The notes below the pieces were generated by a model, which did not search any database, had not been told where the DNA came from, and saw only the letters and a program-made list of their open reading frames with translations. Shown here piece after piece: positions 20,351-29,892 of a stretch of 64,000 nt of DNA. The position numbers were made by a program, and so were the translations under genes. Numbering within the stretch: the first letter of the stretch is position 1; every line of letters begins with the position of its first letter. Source of the DNA: an uncultured Spirochaetota bacterium (GTDB taxonomy: Bacteria; Spirochaetota; Spirochaetia; SZUA-6; Fen-1364); assembly GCA_963781885.1 (NCBI GenBank), contig CAWAHW010000002.1, forward strand, positions 32,001 to 96,000, in the 5' to 3' direction.

Positions 20351-21391
20351 ATGAAGGAGAACCTTTTCGGCCGCACGCTGGTCCAACTCGGCGGCATCGC
20401 GGAGGCGGTCCGGCTGCCACCGTACGCCGCGCGCCAGATCGCGGAGTGGATGTACGCCCGCGACGCAATGAGCTTCGACGCGATGACCAATATCCCGCGG
20501 CCGGCGCGCGTGCGGCTCGCCGAGCAGTACGCCATCGAGCGCCGCGCCCCCGTGCGCGTGAGCGAGTCCGCCGACGGCACGAAGAAGTACCTCTTTGGCG
20601 CGGGCAATGCCCGTTTCGTGGAGGCGGCGTGGATCCCGGAAGAGACGCGCAGCACCCTGTGTCTCTCCGTGCAGGTCGGCTGCAAGATGGGCTGCCTCTT
20701 CTGCATGACGGGCAAGCAGGGCTTCCAGGCGCACCTGAGCGCCGGCGAGATCCTGGACCAGTACAGAAGCCTTCCGGAGCGCGACAAGGTCACGAATATC
20801 GTCTACATGGGCATGGGCGAGCCGATGGACAACCTGGAAAACGTCCTGGACAGCCTCGATGTGCTCTGCGGCGACTACGGCTTCGGCCTGAGCCCCACGC
20901 GCATCACGGTCTCCACCATCGGTCTGGTGCCCGCCATGCGCACGTTCCTGGCGCGCACGCGGTGCCACCTCGCGGTGAGCCTCCACACGCCGTTCGAGGA
21001 GGAGCGCCGACGGCTGATGCCCATCGAGAATGTGCATCCACTGTCGGAGGTGCTTGCCGAGCTGCGCGCCAGCATGGTGCGCGGCCAGCGGCGCGTCTCC
21101 TTTGAATACATCATGTTCGCCTCCGTGAATGACACGCCGCGCCACGCGCGGGAGCTGGCGCGCGTCCTGGATGGCATCCGCTGCCGCGTGAATCTCATCC
21201 CTTTCCACACCATCCCCGGCACGCCGCTCGCGCCCAGCCCGCGGGAGACGATGGAGCGCTTCCAGGCCCTCCTGCGCGACAAGGGCATCATGACGACCAT
21301 CCGCCAATCGCGCGGCCAGGATATCGAGGCTGCCTGCGGCCTGCTCTCCACGCGGGAGCTCGTCCGCATGCGCGGAGAAGTGGAGCAATAG
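20351..21391 (+). CDS. rlmN: 23S rRNA/tRNA m2A methyltransferase RlmN
   Basis: CLSVQVGCKMGCLFCMTG (radical SAM), MGMGEP, LAVSLH, VNLIPF and RGQDIEAACG. Confidence 0.95.
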   Translation: MKENLFGRTLVQLGGIAEAVRLPPYAARQIAEWMYARDAMSFDAMTNIPRPARVRLAEQYAIERRAPVRVSESADGTKKYLFGAGNARFVEAAWIPEETRSTLCLSVQVGCKMGCLFCMTGKQGFQAHLSAGEILDQYRSLPERDKVTNIVYMGMGEPMDNLENVLDSLDVLCGDYGFGLSPTRITVSTIGLVPAMRTFLARTRCHLAVSLHTPFEEERRRLMPIENVHPLSEVLAELRASMVRGQRRVSFEYIMFASVNDTPRHARELARVLDGIRCRVNLIPFHTIPGTPLAPSPRETMERFQALLRDKGIMTTIRQSRGQDIEAACGLLSTRELVRMRGEVEQ

Positions 21392-21454
21392 CAGGCATCC
21401 GCGCTCTCGGACCCCTCGGGGGAGCAGCGGGAAACCGATGGGCCGGGCGGCGTC

Positions 21455-22210
21455 TCAGAAAACGAACGGGATGACGCTCTTCCTTTGCCGCGGGTAGTCG
21501 GCGAATGTGGCGATGTACCACTGCCGGTTGGCAAAGGCGCGCGGCACGAGGTTGGCGATCGTGAACAGCGCGAACCCCAGGCCCGCCAGGGACCACGACG
21601 CCAGCGCAAAACCGCACCACTCCGCGATCTCGCCGAAATAGTTCGGGCTGGCAACGTAATCGAAAAGGCCTCCGCGGGGCACCTTGTATCCCACGTCACC
21701 CGGCTTTCGCAGATGGCGCAGCTCACGGTCTGCCAGGATGTGCGTGAGCATGCCGGCCACGAAAAGCGCGATGCCGGCGCTGACGCGGGCAACGCCCAGG
21801 AATCCCAGTCCCTGGAGGCTTGCCGTCGTGGCGAGGAATATGCCGTTTGCATACCCGTTGAGGCTGTTGAAGACGAAGGCGAAGAGGATGAGGAGCACGG
21901 GAAAGCGCCTGTCGCTCCCCCGCATCAGGAAGGGGAATACGCACGAGCGATAGAGGTAATGCACCTCCCACAACCCCAGGAGGAGCAGGGCGACAGGGCT
22001 TGGCGCACGGCCGCTTGCGATGACCGTGATTCCGATCACCAGCAGCGCCGGGCTTTCCATCACAATCCAGCCGATGCGTGCGCTCACCGAGGGGCCCCAG
22101 CCTGCCCGGAAATGCCTTCCATACGGTGCCGTGTAGAAGAACAGGACGATGAAAACGACCGGCGCCGATACGAATATCACCCATAAGGCAATCGCATTCA
22201 GCATAGACAT
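21455..22210 (-). CDS. 3-oxo-5-alpha-steroid 4-dehydrogenase family membrane reductase
   Basis: APYGRH, GWIVMESP, HYLYRS, YKVPRGGLFDYVASPNYFGEIAEW and RKSVIPFVF. Confidence 0.9.
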   Translation of the reverse strand: MSMLNAIALWVIFVSAPVVFIVLFFYTAPYGRHFRAGWGPSVSARIGWIVMESPALLVIGITVIASGRAPSPVALLLLGLWEVHYLYRSCVFPFLMRGSDRRFPVLLILFAFVFNSLNGYANGIFLATTASLQGLGFLGVARVSAGIALFVAGMLTHILADRELRHLRKPGDVGYKVPRGGLFDYVASPNYFGEIAEWCGFALASWSLAGLGFALFTIANLVPRAFANRQWYIATFADYPRQRKSVIPFVF

Positions 22211-22370
22211 GCTATGTACTCTAACAGATGAGGCATCGCTCGACAAGACAGTTTGCGTCGCGGCCGTCTGGCGGGGCCAGTTTTGCCCCGCGACATTTTC
22301 CGCAGTACCTTTCCGCCAAGGCACAGGTCGTTGCATCGGTGTCAGTCAAGCGCCTCTGAAAGGGAGCGCG

Positions 22371-23540
22371 ATGAAGACGGGAGGCAAGCTTTCCCGGCCG
22401 CGACGACGGGCTTCGACACGCCGGTCCCGAAAGGGAGCCGTCGCGCCGCAGAGCCTCATCGGCCAGATATATGAATCCGTCGGGGACCCCGCGGCGCTGA
22501 GCGACGTGATGCGGCAGCTCGTCGGCGTCGCGGGAGGCCGGATCGGCCAGTTCGGACTCCTGGATACCCGCGGACAGTGGCTGCATGCAAGCGTGGTCGG
22601 AGCACCGGGGTCCGTCCTGCAGACCTACCTCGATCTCTATGCGGAAAATGACCCGCGGCTGCCTTCCTATCTGTCCCACACGGGGCAGCTTCTCCCCTGC
22701 CATCAGACCGTGGACCAGGCGCTTTTCGAGCGCTCCGCCCTGGTCAATGACTTTCTCGACAAGATGGACGCGCGCTATTGCCTCGCGAGCGTGACTCCCG
22801 TCAGTCCCCACATGCTTGCGGTCATATCCGTGATGAGGCCGCGCAGGGATGGCCGGTACGAGAGCGCAGAGCAGAAGGCGCTGGCGCCGTTCCTTCCCCA
22901 CGTCTGGCGCGCGCTGAGCCTTCAGATCCGGCTTGGGGGGGTGGAGTCATCTCTGCTCGCGCTGGAGGCGCTTGTCGATCGGCTCTCCAGCCCGGTGCTG
23001 GTGGTGGATCGCGACGGCACGCTTCGCCATGCGAACGAGGCCGGCCGCGCCGCGCTTGCGCGGGGCGTGTTTCTCACCCTGCGAAAGGGGCGCGTGGAGC
23101 CTTGCAACGCGAAGCAGGCCCGGGATTTCGCGCTCCTTGTCGCATCCGCGCTTTCGGGGGAAGCCCGGCCGGGGAATGGCATGCGTCTTCTGGGAGGAGA
23201 GCGGCGTTTCGCCACGCTCGCGGTGTACCCCTTGCACGGTCTGCCGACGCGAGCCGGCGTGGCGGGAGCCGCAGCGGCCCTCTTTCTGACCGGATACTCG
23301 ACCGTTCCCCTTGCCGACAGTGTCCGCCTTCAAGCGTTATTCCGGCTGACTCCTGCGGAGACCCGGCTTGTGGAGTGGCTCCTGCAGGGAGAGAGCCCCC
23401 GGGAAATCAGCGAAAGATTCCATCTCAGCAGGGAAACCACGAAGAGCCAGCTGCATTCCCTTTTCGAAAAGACCGGGACACGGCGACAGACTGAATTGAT
23501 CGCGACACTGCTGTCCACGGCCATGGTGAAGCTGACGTAA
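22371..23540 (+). CDS. LuxR-type HTH regulator with N-terminal GAF/PAS-like sensor
   Basis: PVLVVDRDG.LRHANEA, and C-terminal FRLTPAETRLV...SRETTKSQLHSLFEKTGTRRQTELI. Confidence 0.88.
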   Translation: MKTGGKLSRPRRRASTRRSRKGAVAPQSLIGQIYESVGDPAALSDVMRQLVGVAGGRIGQFGLLDTRGQWLHASVVGAPGSVLQTYLDLYAENDPRLPSYLSHTGQLLPCHQTVDQALFERSALVNDFLDKMDARYCLASVTPVSPHMLAVISVMRPRRDGRYESAEQKALAPFLPHVWRALSLQIRLGGVESSLLALEALVDRLSSPVLVVDRDGTLRHANEAGRAALARGVFLTLRKGRVEPCNAKQARDFALLVASALSGEARPGNGMRLLGGERRFATLAVYPLHGLPTRAGVAGAAAALFLTGYSTVPLADSVRLQALFRLTPAETRLVEWLLQGESPREISERFHLSRETTKSQLHSLFEKTGTRRQTELIATLLSTAMVKLT

Positions 23541-23651
23541 TCCTTTCCCGGAAGGGCTTCCGCTTTCCCCCGTTCGGGTGAAGTCGTCGGAGCTGTGCGC
23601 TGCATACATTACGCCGGTCGGCGCGTGCGGCCGGCCGAAGGGAGCACAGCG

Positions 23652-24041
23652 GTGGGTGAGAAGCGGCAAAAAGGACACACGCGAACCGGACGGAAAGTCG
23701 CCGTCTTCTTCATGGCGATATTCGTTCTCGGGGTCGGGGCGGTTTTCAGCTCCTGTTCACTCCTCGACTCGCTTTTCAGCTCGAAGGCACAAATCTGCTT
23801 CTGGACGGACCAGGAATACACCGGTGGCTATGTCACGGTCTACGTCGACGGGTCTGTCGTGGGATCGCTCACCCAGTTTTTCACGAGCGCGCCGTCATTT
23901 GGACAGTCGGGCACGCTGGTCGTCCAGGAAGACGCGGGAAGCTACCAGGTATCCGCCGTGTCGGCGGACGGGAGAATCGTCTGGAGCCCGCAGACGATTT
24001 CGGTCACCTCCGGTGAGCAATTCACGGAGTTCTTCAAATAG
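23652..24041 (+). CDS. hypothetical lipoprotein
   Basis: Basic N-terminus, hydrophobic stretch, then AVFSSC lipobox-like Cys and a beta-rich mature part. Confidence 0.6.
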   Translation: MGEKRQKGHTRTGRKVAVFFMAIFVLGVGAVFSSCSLLDSLFSSKAQICFWTDQEYTGGYVTVYVDGSVVGSLTQFFTSAPSFGQSGTLVVQEDAGSYQVSAVSADGRIVWSPQTISVTSGEQFTEFFK

Positions 24042-24099
24042 AAGGGGCATTGATGGCGACAGCCCCGAAGCCGAAGTCTTTTTCTCTGAGGAGGAGATC

Positions 24100-24606
24100 A
24101 TGAAATGGGGCGTCTGCTGCGCTCTGGCCTTTTCGCTCGCGGTCCTGTCCGCCAGCGTCGGCTCCGCCGACCAGGTGACCGACATCGTGAACCAGTTCGC
24201 GCAGATCGGCAGCGGTGCGGACACGCAGGCAATTTCGCTGGTTGTTGATTCCTACGATGGGCTTCAGGGCGTCGGCGTCGATTTTGCCGGGTTGTTCAGC
24301 TCCATCGGGATCATGTTCGAGGGATCGGCGAGCTACATTCTCGGAAGCGATCAGGGATATGGCTCTTCCATCATGGCCAGCTTCCTGAGCGGCTTCCTGT
24401 TCCGCACGGGCTCGTTGTCACTGGGGGCCGGCATAGGAGCCATCGCGAGCCCACTCGCCTTCGATGGGGGCGTGGGCGTCTATTCTGCCCTCTTGCTCGG
24501 CTCATTTTTCCTGGAAGTGCGCGTCTCCTACTACTTCCTCCAGCTCAGCGGCTCCTCCGACGGAACGGGAGCGGAGGCAATGCTGGGCGCGGGATTCCTC
24601 ATTTGA
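24100..24606 (+). CDS. hypothetical exported/membrane protein
   Basis: SD GAGGAG before the ATG, signal peptide ending VGSA, and Gly/aromatic-rich strands. Confidence 0.6.
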   Translation: MKWGVCCALAFSLAVLSASVGSADQVTDIVNQFAQIGSGADTQAISLVVDSYDGLQGVGVDFAGLFSSIGIMFEGSASYILGSDQGYGSSIMASFLSGFLFRTGSLSLGAGIGAIASPLAFDGGVGVYSALLLGSFFLEVRVSYYFLQLSGSSDGTGAEAMLGAGFLI

Positions 24607-24673
24607 AGCTCGATTTCCCGCGAGGTGGAGAGGCAACGGCTGTCCCGGCCTGACGGGCTCCCGGTCCCCGCGC

Positions 24674-26098
24674 TCAGTCGTCGTGCGGGAGCGAGCCGCG
24701 CGCCGCGCGAAGATACCCGAAGGGGGTCGTCGCAAGGAAGTTGGAGACGCGGGACGTGTAGACGTCCGCGTAGCGCTCCACCTGGCGCGCGAAGAGGCTC
24801 TTGTCATTGCCCGCCCGCATGAGGGGCCCCCAGGTGGGATTTCCCATTTCTCCCGACGCCCGCGCAAGGGGCGAGATCCGCGCGTCCAGCTCCTGGCTTT
24901 CCTCGTTGACGCTCCGCAGGGATGCTTCGAGGTCTTCCGACCCGGCGGCCGGTCGGGGCCCATACTTCTGTTGCGCCCGCTGACGCGCCAGGCGCAGGTG
25001 GGCAAGGCGCGCGTCGATTACCGTCTTCTGGACCATCAGGTCGCGCAGCTCGGCATCCATGGTGCGCGCCTTTTCCGCGGCGATGATTTCTGATTCCATC
25101 TCGCGCAGGATGAGGCCGGTGCGCCAGCGGAGGATCTCCTTGCTCACGTGCACGTCGCCGAAGAGGTGGTCCCCGAGGTAGAGGATCTCCGCGCCGGACA
25201 GGCCCAGGCTCGACTCCACGAGCTGGGCGTCACCGCCGACGTAGACGTTGCCCTGCTCCAGCGGGCCGCGCGTCGGTCTGAGGAGGCCCGCTTCCTCATC
25301 GGTGACGCGGTAGACGGCCTGGCGTCCGGAGAAGAACCCGGGCTTCCGCGATTCCACGATCACGAGGTCGAAGAGCCCGCGCCACGTCGTGCCGGCGGGG
25401 AGGAAGCGGTCGAAGGCGTAGCTCATCATGGCGCGGGTATAGGCCCAGTCCGAGTTGGTGATGAGGAGGAGCTTCTTTCCCGCCATCTTCTGGTCCAGCA
25501 GCGTGAGGGGAAGATCGGGGTCCAGCTCCACGAATCGATCGGGATCCGCCATGATCTGCGTCTTCAGCTCGCTCAGGTTGTGCGCCTCGTCCAGCGCCAT
25601 GCCCAGGACCCGGTGCAGGTCGCGATACCCGAGGGTCTCGGGCAGCCGACCGGCGTCCAGCAGGTCCACGAGCTGGGCGAAGAGATTCGCCTCGGACAGG
25701 GAGAAGAGCGTGTTCATGAACTGCCAGCGGGGGTCATGGAGGTCCACGAAGGTGCTCGCGTAGGCGGTGCGCTGCTCGTCGAAGGACAGGGGTTGGGTCC
25801 CATGGTGGGCCCGGATCACGTAGCCGAAACGGGTGGCTTTCACGAGGTTGCCGAGCTCCAGGTCGAAGGCGAGCCCCTGGATGACGCTCGTCGGGTCGAA
25901 GACGAGGCTGCCCACCGGCCAGCCCCGGCGCTCCAACGGCCCCAGGGCGCGCTCGAATGCCGCGCGCTCCCATTCCCGGGTCCGGTAGTGGACGAGCGTG
26001 TAGTCCATGTCGTAGCCGACGGCCCGGATGGCCCTCAGGTTCAGGGTGCGATTGCACCACACGCGGCGCTCCGGGGGAACCGGCGGCGGAAGTGTCAT
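24674..26098 (-). CDS. HAD-IG family 5'-nucleotidase (cN-II-like)
   Basis: VWCNRTLNL, GYDMDYTL, LLITNS, RKPGFF, YLGDHLFGDV and RYADVYTS. Confidence 0.93.
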   Translation of the reverse strand: MTLPPPVPPERRVWCNRTLNLRAIRAVGYDMDYTLVHYRTREWERAAFERALGPLERRGWPVGSLVFDPTSVIQGLAFDLELGNLVKATRFGYVIRAHHGTQPLSFDEQRTAYASTFVDLHDPRWQFMNTLFSLSEANLFAQLVDLLDAGRLPETLGYRDLHRVLGMALDEAHNLSELKTQIMADPDRFVELDPDLPLTLLDQKMAGKKLLLITNSDWAYTRAMMSYAFDRFLPAGTTWRGLFDLVIVESRKPGFFSGRQAVYRVTDEEAGLLRPTRGPLEQGNVYVGGDAQLVESSLGLSGAEILYLGDHLFGDVHVSKEILRWRTGLILREMESEIIAAEKARTMDAELRDLMVQKTVIDARLAHLRLARQRAQQKYGPRPAAGSEDLEASLRSVNEESQELDARISPLARASGEMGNPTWGPLMRAGNDKSLFARQVERYADVYTSRVSNFLATTPFGYLRAARGSLPHDD

Positions 26099-26127
26099 GC
26101 CCAAAGATTACCACACGGCGGCACCGG

Positions 26128-26232
26128 CGGCCACGGTACTCCGTGGCATTCGGGCGGCCACGCGCTCGCTTGCGTGCCTCCGTGCACTCGCTCGCCCTCG
26201 ACATCCATGTCTACGGCACTCCGTGGCATTTG
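26128..26232. repeat. dispersed structured repeat (REP-like), copy 1
   Basis: CGGCCACGGTACTCCGTGGCATT, then a 62-nt module that nearly matches 63125-63185, then a degenerate unit ACGGCACTCCGTGGCATTTG. Confidence 0.88.
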
Positions 26233-26242
26233 CGCCGGGAGG

Positions 26243-28051
26243 CTAGGAAGACGGCCCGCCCGCGCGGGGATGCGTGATGGGAAGCGTCACGCGGAAGCTC
26301 GCGCCCTTGCCGGGGACGCTTTCCACCGTGAGGCGTCCGCCGTGCTTGTTGGCGATGATATCCGACGAGATGCTCAGGCCCAGGCCCGTTCCCTGGCCCA
26401 CGGGTTTCGTCGTGAAGAACGGATCGAATATCCGCAGCTGTATCTCCGAAGGGATGCCGGGACCGTCATCGTTCACCTCGATCCAGACCTGGTCGGTGAC
26501 GACGCCGGTGCGGATCACGATGGTCCCCCGGCTGTCCCGGTTCTGGCTCTTGATGGCCTGCGCGGCGTTGACGATGAGATTCAGGAAGACCTGGTTGATC
26601 TCCCCGCCGATGCATTCCACCGGGGGCAGGGAAGCGAGATCGACCTTCACGTCGGCGACGTACTTCACCTCATTGGTGGCGACGGCCAGAGTATTTTCGA
26701 TGCCCTTGTTGATGTCGAAAAGCCCGAAGCGCTCCCCGGAGTCGATGCGGGAGAAGCTCTTCAGGTTCTGCACGATCTCCGTGATCCGCCGAAAGCCGTC
26801 CTCCGACTCCTGCATGATCGCGTCGAAGTCCCCCAGGATGTAGGCGATGTCGTAGGTCTCCGCCGCGGCGCGAACCTGGTCCCCGGCGCCTGCCATGACC
26901 TGCTCGAGGAAACTCTTGACGGCGGCCAGATGCTTGCGGACGGCCGCGTTGTTGCTCTTCAGGTAGCCCAGCGGGTTGTTGATCTCGTGCGCGACGCCCG
27001 CCGCGAGCTGGCCGATGGAGGCAAGCTTCTCCTGCTGGACCATCAAGGTCTGGGATTCCTTCAGCTTCTGGTTGGCATCCGCAAGCTCGACGTTCATCTT
27101 CCACAAAGCCTGCTCGTCGCGGATGCGGTCGGTGATGTCCTTCACGATCGTGTGGCTCTCCATCACCGTCCCGTCCTTGCTTCGCAGCTGCGTCGCGCTC
27201 GCCAGCCCGAACATCGTGGATCCGTCGCGGCGCTTCAGGATGACCTCGAAGTCCTTCACGAAGCCCTGCCCGGCGAGCCGCCGCGTGAATGCCTCGCTGT
27301 CCTGCGGATTGGCCCAGAACTCCGCGACATTGCGGCCCACCACCTTCTCGGCCGGTCCGTAGCCCAGGAGCCGCACGCCCGCCTTGTTCAGGTCGATGAT
27401 CCTGCCGTCGCCGTCGATCGTGGCGATCATGTCCATCGACTCGTCGAAGATGGCGCGCAGCTTCGCCTCGCTCAGACGATAGGCGTCCTCCACGAGCACG
27501 AGCTTCCTGTACTCGACCTGCTGCCGCCGCAGCCGGCTCTGGAACGCCGCCGCGATATCGGGCACGATCTCGTCGAGCAGGGCCGCGTTCCCCGGGTCGA
27601 GTGGATTTTCCCCCTGCCAGAATGCCAGGATCCCGAGCGATTGGGTCCCGCTCACGAGCGGCGCGAGGAGGGCCCGTGCGGCAGGCGCCTCTTCGATGCC
27701 CGTGTCATCCTCGAAAGAAGCCGCGCCGCGGGTGAACGCGTGCTGCCATGCCGCGGGCCACTCAGCGGCCGGGCAATGAAGCTCGCTCTGCCGGTCGGTG
27801 CGTATGCAGGTCATGACGCCGACTTCCTCGATGCGGCCGAGGAATGCCGCGGCGCTTCCCAGCTCCGCCTGCAGCCGCGTCAAGACCGCGCGGTGGGCGG
27901 CCGCGTCTGAGGCTGCATTGAACTCCGCGATCAGGGTGCGGCGCAGGGCACAGGCGCGCGCCGTCTCGCGCAACTCTCTCTCCAGCCGGAGGATGCGGTC
28001 GGAACCGTCTCTGCCGTGCCCTGCCGGAAGCGCGTCGGGCTTTCCGCTCAT
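26243..28051 (-). CDS. PAS sensor histidine kinase (NtrB-like)
   Basis: PAS domain, EKLASIGQLAAGVAHEINNP, QVFLNLIVNA, DDGPGI and [17 protein letters not shown]. Confidence 0.95.
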   Translation of the reverse strand: MSGKPDALPAGHGRDGSDRILRLERELRETARACALRRTLIAEFNAASDAAAHRAVLTRLQAELGSAAAFLGRIEEVGVMTCIRTDRQSELHCPAAEWPAAWQHAFTRGAASFEDDTGIEEAPAARALLAPLVSGTQSLGILAFWQGENPLDPGNAALLDEIVPDIAAAFQSRLRRQQVEYRKLVLVEDAYRLSEAKLRAIFDESMDMIATIDGDGRIIDLNKAGVRLLGYGPAEKVVGRNVAEFWANPQDSEAFTRRLAGQGFVKDFEVILKRRDGSTMFGLASATQLRSKDGTVMESHTIVKDITDRIRDEQALWKMNVELADANQKLKESQTLMVQQEKLASIGQLAAGVAHEINNPLGYLKSNNAAVRKHLAAVKSFLEQVMAGAGDQVRAAAETYDIAYILGDFDAIMQESEDGFRRITEIVQNLKSFSRIDSGERFGLFDINKGIENTLAVATNEVKYVADVKVDLASLPPVECIGGEINQVFLNLIVNAAQAIKSQNRDSRGTIVIRTGVVTDQVWIEVNDDGPGIPSEIQLRIFDPFFTTKPVGQGTGLGLSISSDIIANKHGGRLTVESVPGKGASFRVTLPITHPRAGGPSS

Positions 28052-28437
28052 GCGCCTTCCCCCCTCCCGCCCTTCACCACCGGAATGTACTGCGGGATTC
28101 CCAGCAGCTCCAGGACATGCAGGACGGCGGGCCGGGGGGATTCAAGGCTCATGTCTATTGCCCTCTTCCTTGCGGCAACGGCCGCCATGGTGAGCATCCC
28201 GATTCCCAGTGAGGCAATGTAGTGCAGCTCTTCGAGATTGACGATGATGAGCGGCGCCCCGTCCCAGGCCGTGACAAGAGACACCAGGGGCTCGCTCACG
28301 ACATTGGCCGCGTCCCCGTCGAGATACCCTTCGAAGACGATCCGCAGCCCGCCGTGCGGCAGTGTTCCCGCATGCGCGGAAAAGTTTTTCAGATCCCGCG
28401 TCACCGCGTCAAAGACGTCAAAAGCGTCCTGCGTCAC
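28048..28437 (-). CDS. STAS domain anti-sigma factor antagonist
   Basis: FEGYLD, IVNLEELHYIASLGIG (conserved phospho-Ser position) and VLELLG. Confidence 0.85.
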   Translation of the reverse strand: MTQDAFDVFDAVTRDLKNFSAHAGTLPHGGLRIVFEGYLDGDAANVVSEPLVSLVTAWDGAPLIIVNLEELHYIASLGIGMLTMAAVAARKRAIDMSLESPRPAVLHVLELLGIPQYIPVVKGGRGEGA

Positions 28438-28445
28438 CCGTCACC

Positions 28446-29597
28446 TCACACGCAATCGACGCGGATGAGCGTCACGTCATCCGTGAACTCCGCCGAGCCT
28501 GCAAGAGCCAGCATCCGGGCCCCGATCGCGGCTGCGGAAAGACCGGGACCGTCGGGGCCCTTCAGCACGTCGAGGAGACGGCGCGTGCCGTCGCTCACCG
28601 TGCCCGTGCCCAGCTCCACCAGCCCGTCCGTGTAGAGGAGGAGCGTGTCCCCGGTCTGGAAGTGCGCCTCCTCCTCCCGGTAGTCCGCATCAGGGACGAA
28701 GCCCAGCGCCGGGCCCGTGGACGCAAGGGGCGCCGCCTGTCCACGGGAGACGTGGAGCGGCGGCACCTGGCCCGCGTTCGCGTAGCGCAGGGAGCGCGCC
28801 GCCGGGTCGAAGAGGCCGGCAAAGAGGGAAATGAACATGCTCGATCCTTCACCGAAGAATCCCGCCAGGCGCCTGTTGAGCCATTTCATCAGGCCCGCCA
28901 TGGACACCTGCATGCCTTCGGGTCCGATATACTCCATGACGATGATCGACTTGAGAATGCCAGTCACCAGGGCGCCCGTCACACCGTGCCCCGCGACGTC
29001 CCCCACGAGCAGGAGCGTTCCACGCTTTGGCAGCTCCAGCACGTCGTAGTAGTCCCCGCCACAGTAGAGGGAGGGAAGAGGGCGATAGTCGAGATCGATG
29101 CGCAGACCCTGCGGCGCGGGGATCTTGATCTTCAGGAAGAAGCGCTGCATCTCCCCGGCCCACCGCAGCTCCATGTCCATGCGCTTCTGATGATCGGCGT
29201 TCTCCTTCCTGATCCGGTAGACCTCCAGCGCCTTCTCGATCTCGGCCCGCAGGTAGTCCCGGTCCCAGGGCTTCAGGATGTAGCTGAAGATGCCCGCCTT
29301 GATCGCCTTCATGACTTCTTCCACCTCGGAATAACCGCTCAAAAGGATCGAGAGGATTTCCGGATAGCGCTGCTTGATGGAGACAAGCAGGTCGCTTCCC
29401 TTCATCGCCGGCATGCGCAGGTCGGAGACCACGAGCTCGTACTCGCCCTGGTGCGCGTTGAGCATCCCCATCACCGCCAGCGGATCCGTCGCGATGTCGA
29501 TCTCCACGCCGGTCGTCCGGGACCAGTCGCGGAGCTCCCGTTTCAGCGCCAGAAGCGTATTCGGCTCGTCGTCCACGAAAAGAACTCTCCGACTCAT
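28446..29597 (-). CDS. response regulator with SpoIIE/PP2C phosphatase output (RsbU/RsbY-like)
   Basis: REC domain (LFVDDE, SDLRMP, KPW), then GGDYYD, GDVAGHG, YANAG, YTDGL and DDVTL. Confidence 0.93.
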   Translation of the reverse strand: MSRRVLFVDDEPNTLLALKRELRDWSRTTGVEIDIATDPLAVMGMLNAHQGEYELVVSDLRMPAMKGSDLLVSIKQRYPEILSILLSGYSEVEEVMKAIKAGIFSYILKPWDRDYLRAEIEKALEVYRIRKENADHQKRMDMELRWAGEMQRFFLKIKIPAPQGLRIDLDYRPLPSLYCGGDYYDVLELPKRGTLLLVGDVAGHGVTGALVTGILKSIIVMEYIGPEGMQVSMAGLMKWLNRRLAGFFGEGSSMFISLFAGLFDPAARSLRYANAGQVPPLHVSRGQAAPLASTGPALGFVPDADYREEEAHFQTGDTLLLYTDGLVELGTGTVSDGTRRLLDVLKGPDGPGLSAAAIGARMLALAGSAEFTDDVTLIRVDCV

Positions 29598-29767
29598 GGT
29601 CCTCCCTTCCCCCCTTCGCGCAGGATGGCGTCGGTCCCCGCGACGCCGATCCCATCGCGGCTGCGCGCGCGGTAGAAGGCGCGCACGGGTTGAGCGCGCA
29701 GGGATCGGGTGATGGTGCTGAGAGTATGGGGTTCATCGTCGACGAAGACAGCGATCGGCTCGAACAT
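29594..29767 (-). pseudogene. truncated receiver-domain remnant (57 aa)
   Basis: MFEPIAVFVDDEPHTLSTITRSLR matches the start of a REC domain but has no phospho-Asp or Lys motif. Its stop overlaps the next ATG. Confidence 0.5.
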
Positions 29768-29892
29768 GGCGGCGCCTTGCGCCGGCCCAGTATAGCACGG
29801 CCGTATCCGCGCCGCAGGCGCGGCGAAGGTTTTCGCGGGGGCGGAAATATTCCTTGACAAGCAGGGGAAACGGGTTTCCTCTAGCGGTGGCC

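Noticed and set aside
25148-27910. Long antisense ORFs (e.g. 920 aa here; also 10610-12868, 12895-15057, 29881-32136, 53396-55729)
   Set aside because: These are shadow ORFs opposite well-supported genes, expected in high-GC DNA, with no recognisable motifs.
29866-29879. Short palindrome GGAAAC-GG-GTTTCC in the divergent promoter region
   Set aside because: It is a single short occurrence with no supporting second copy, so it cannot be distinguished from chance.
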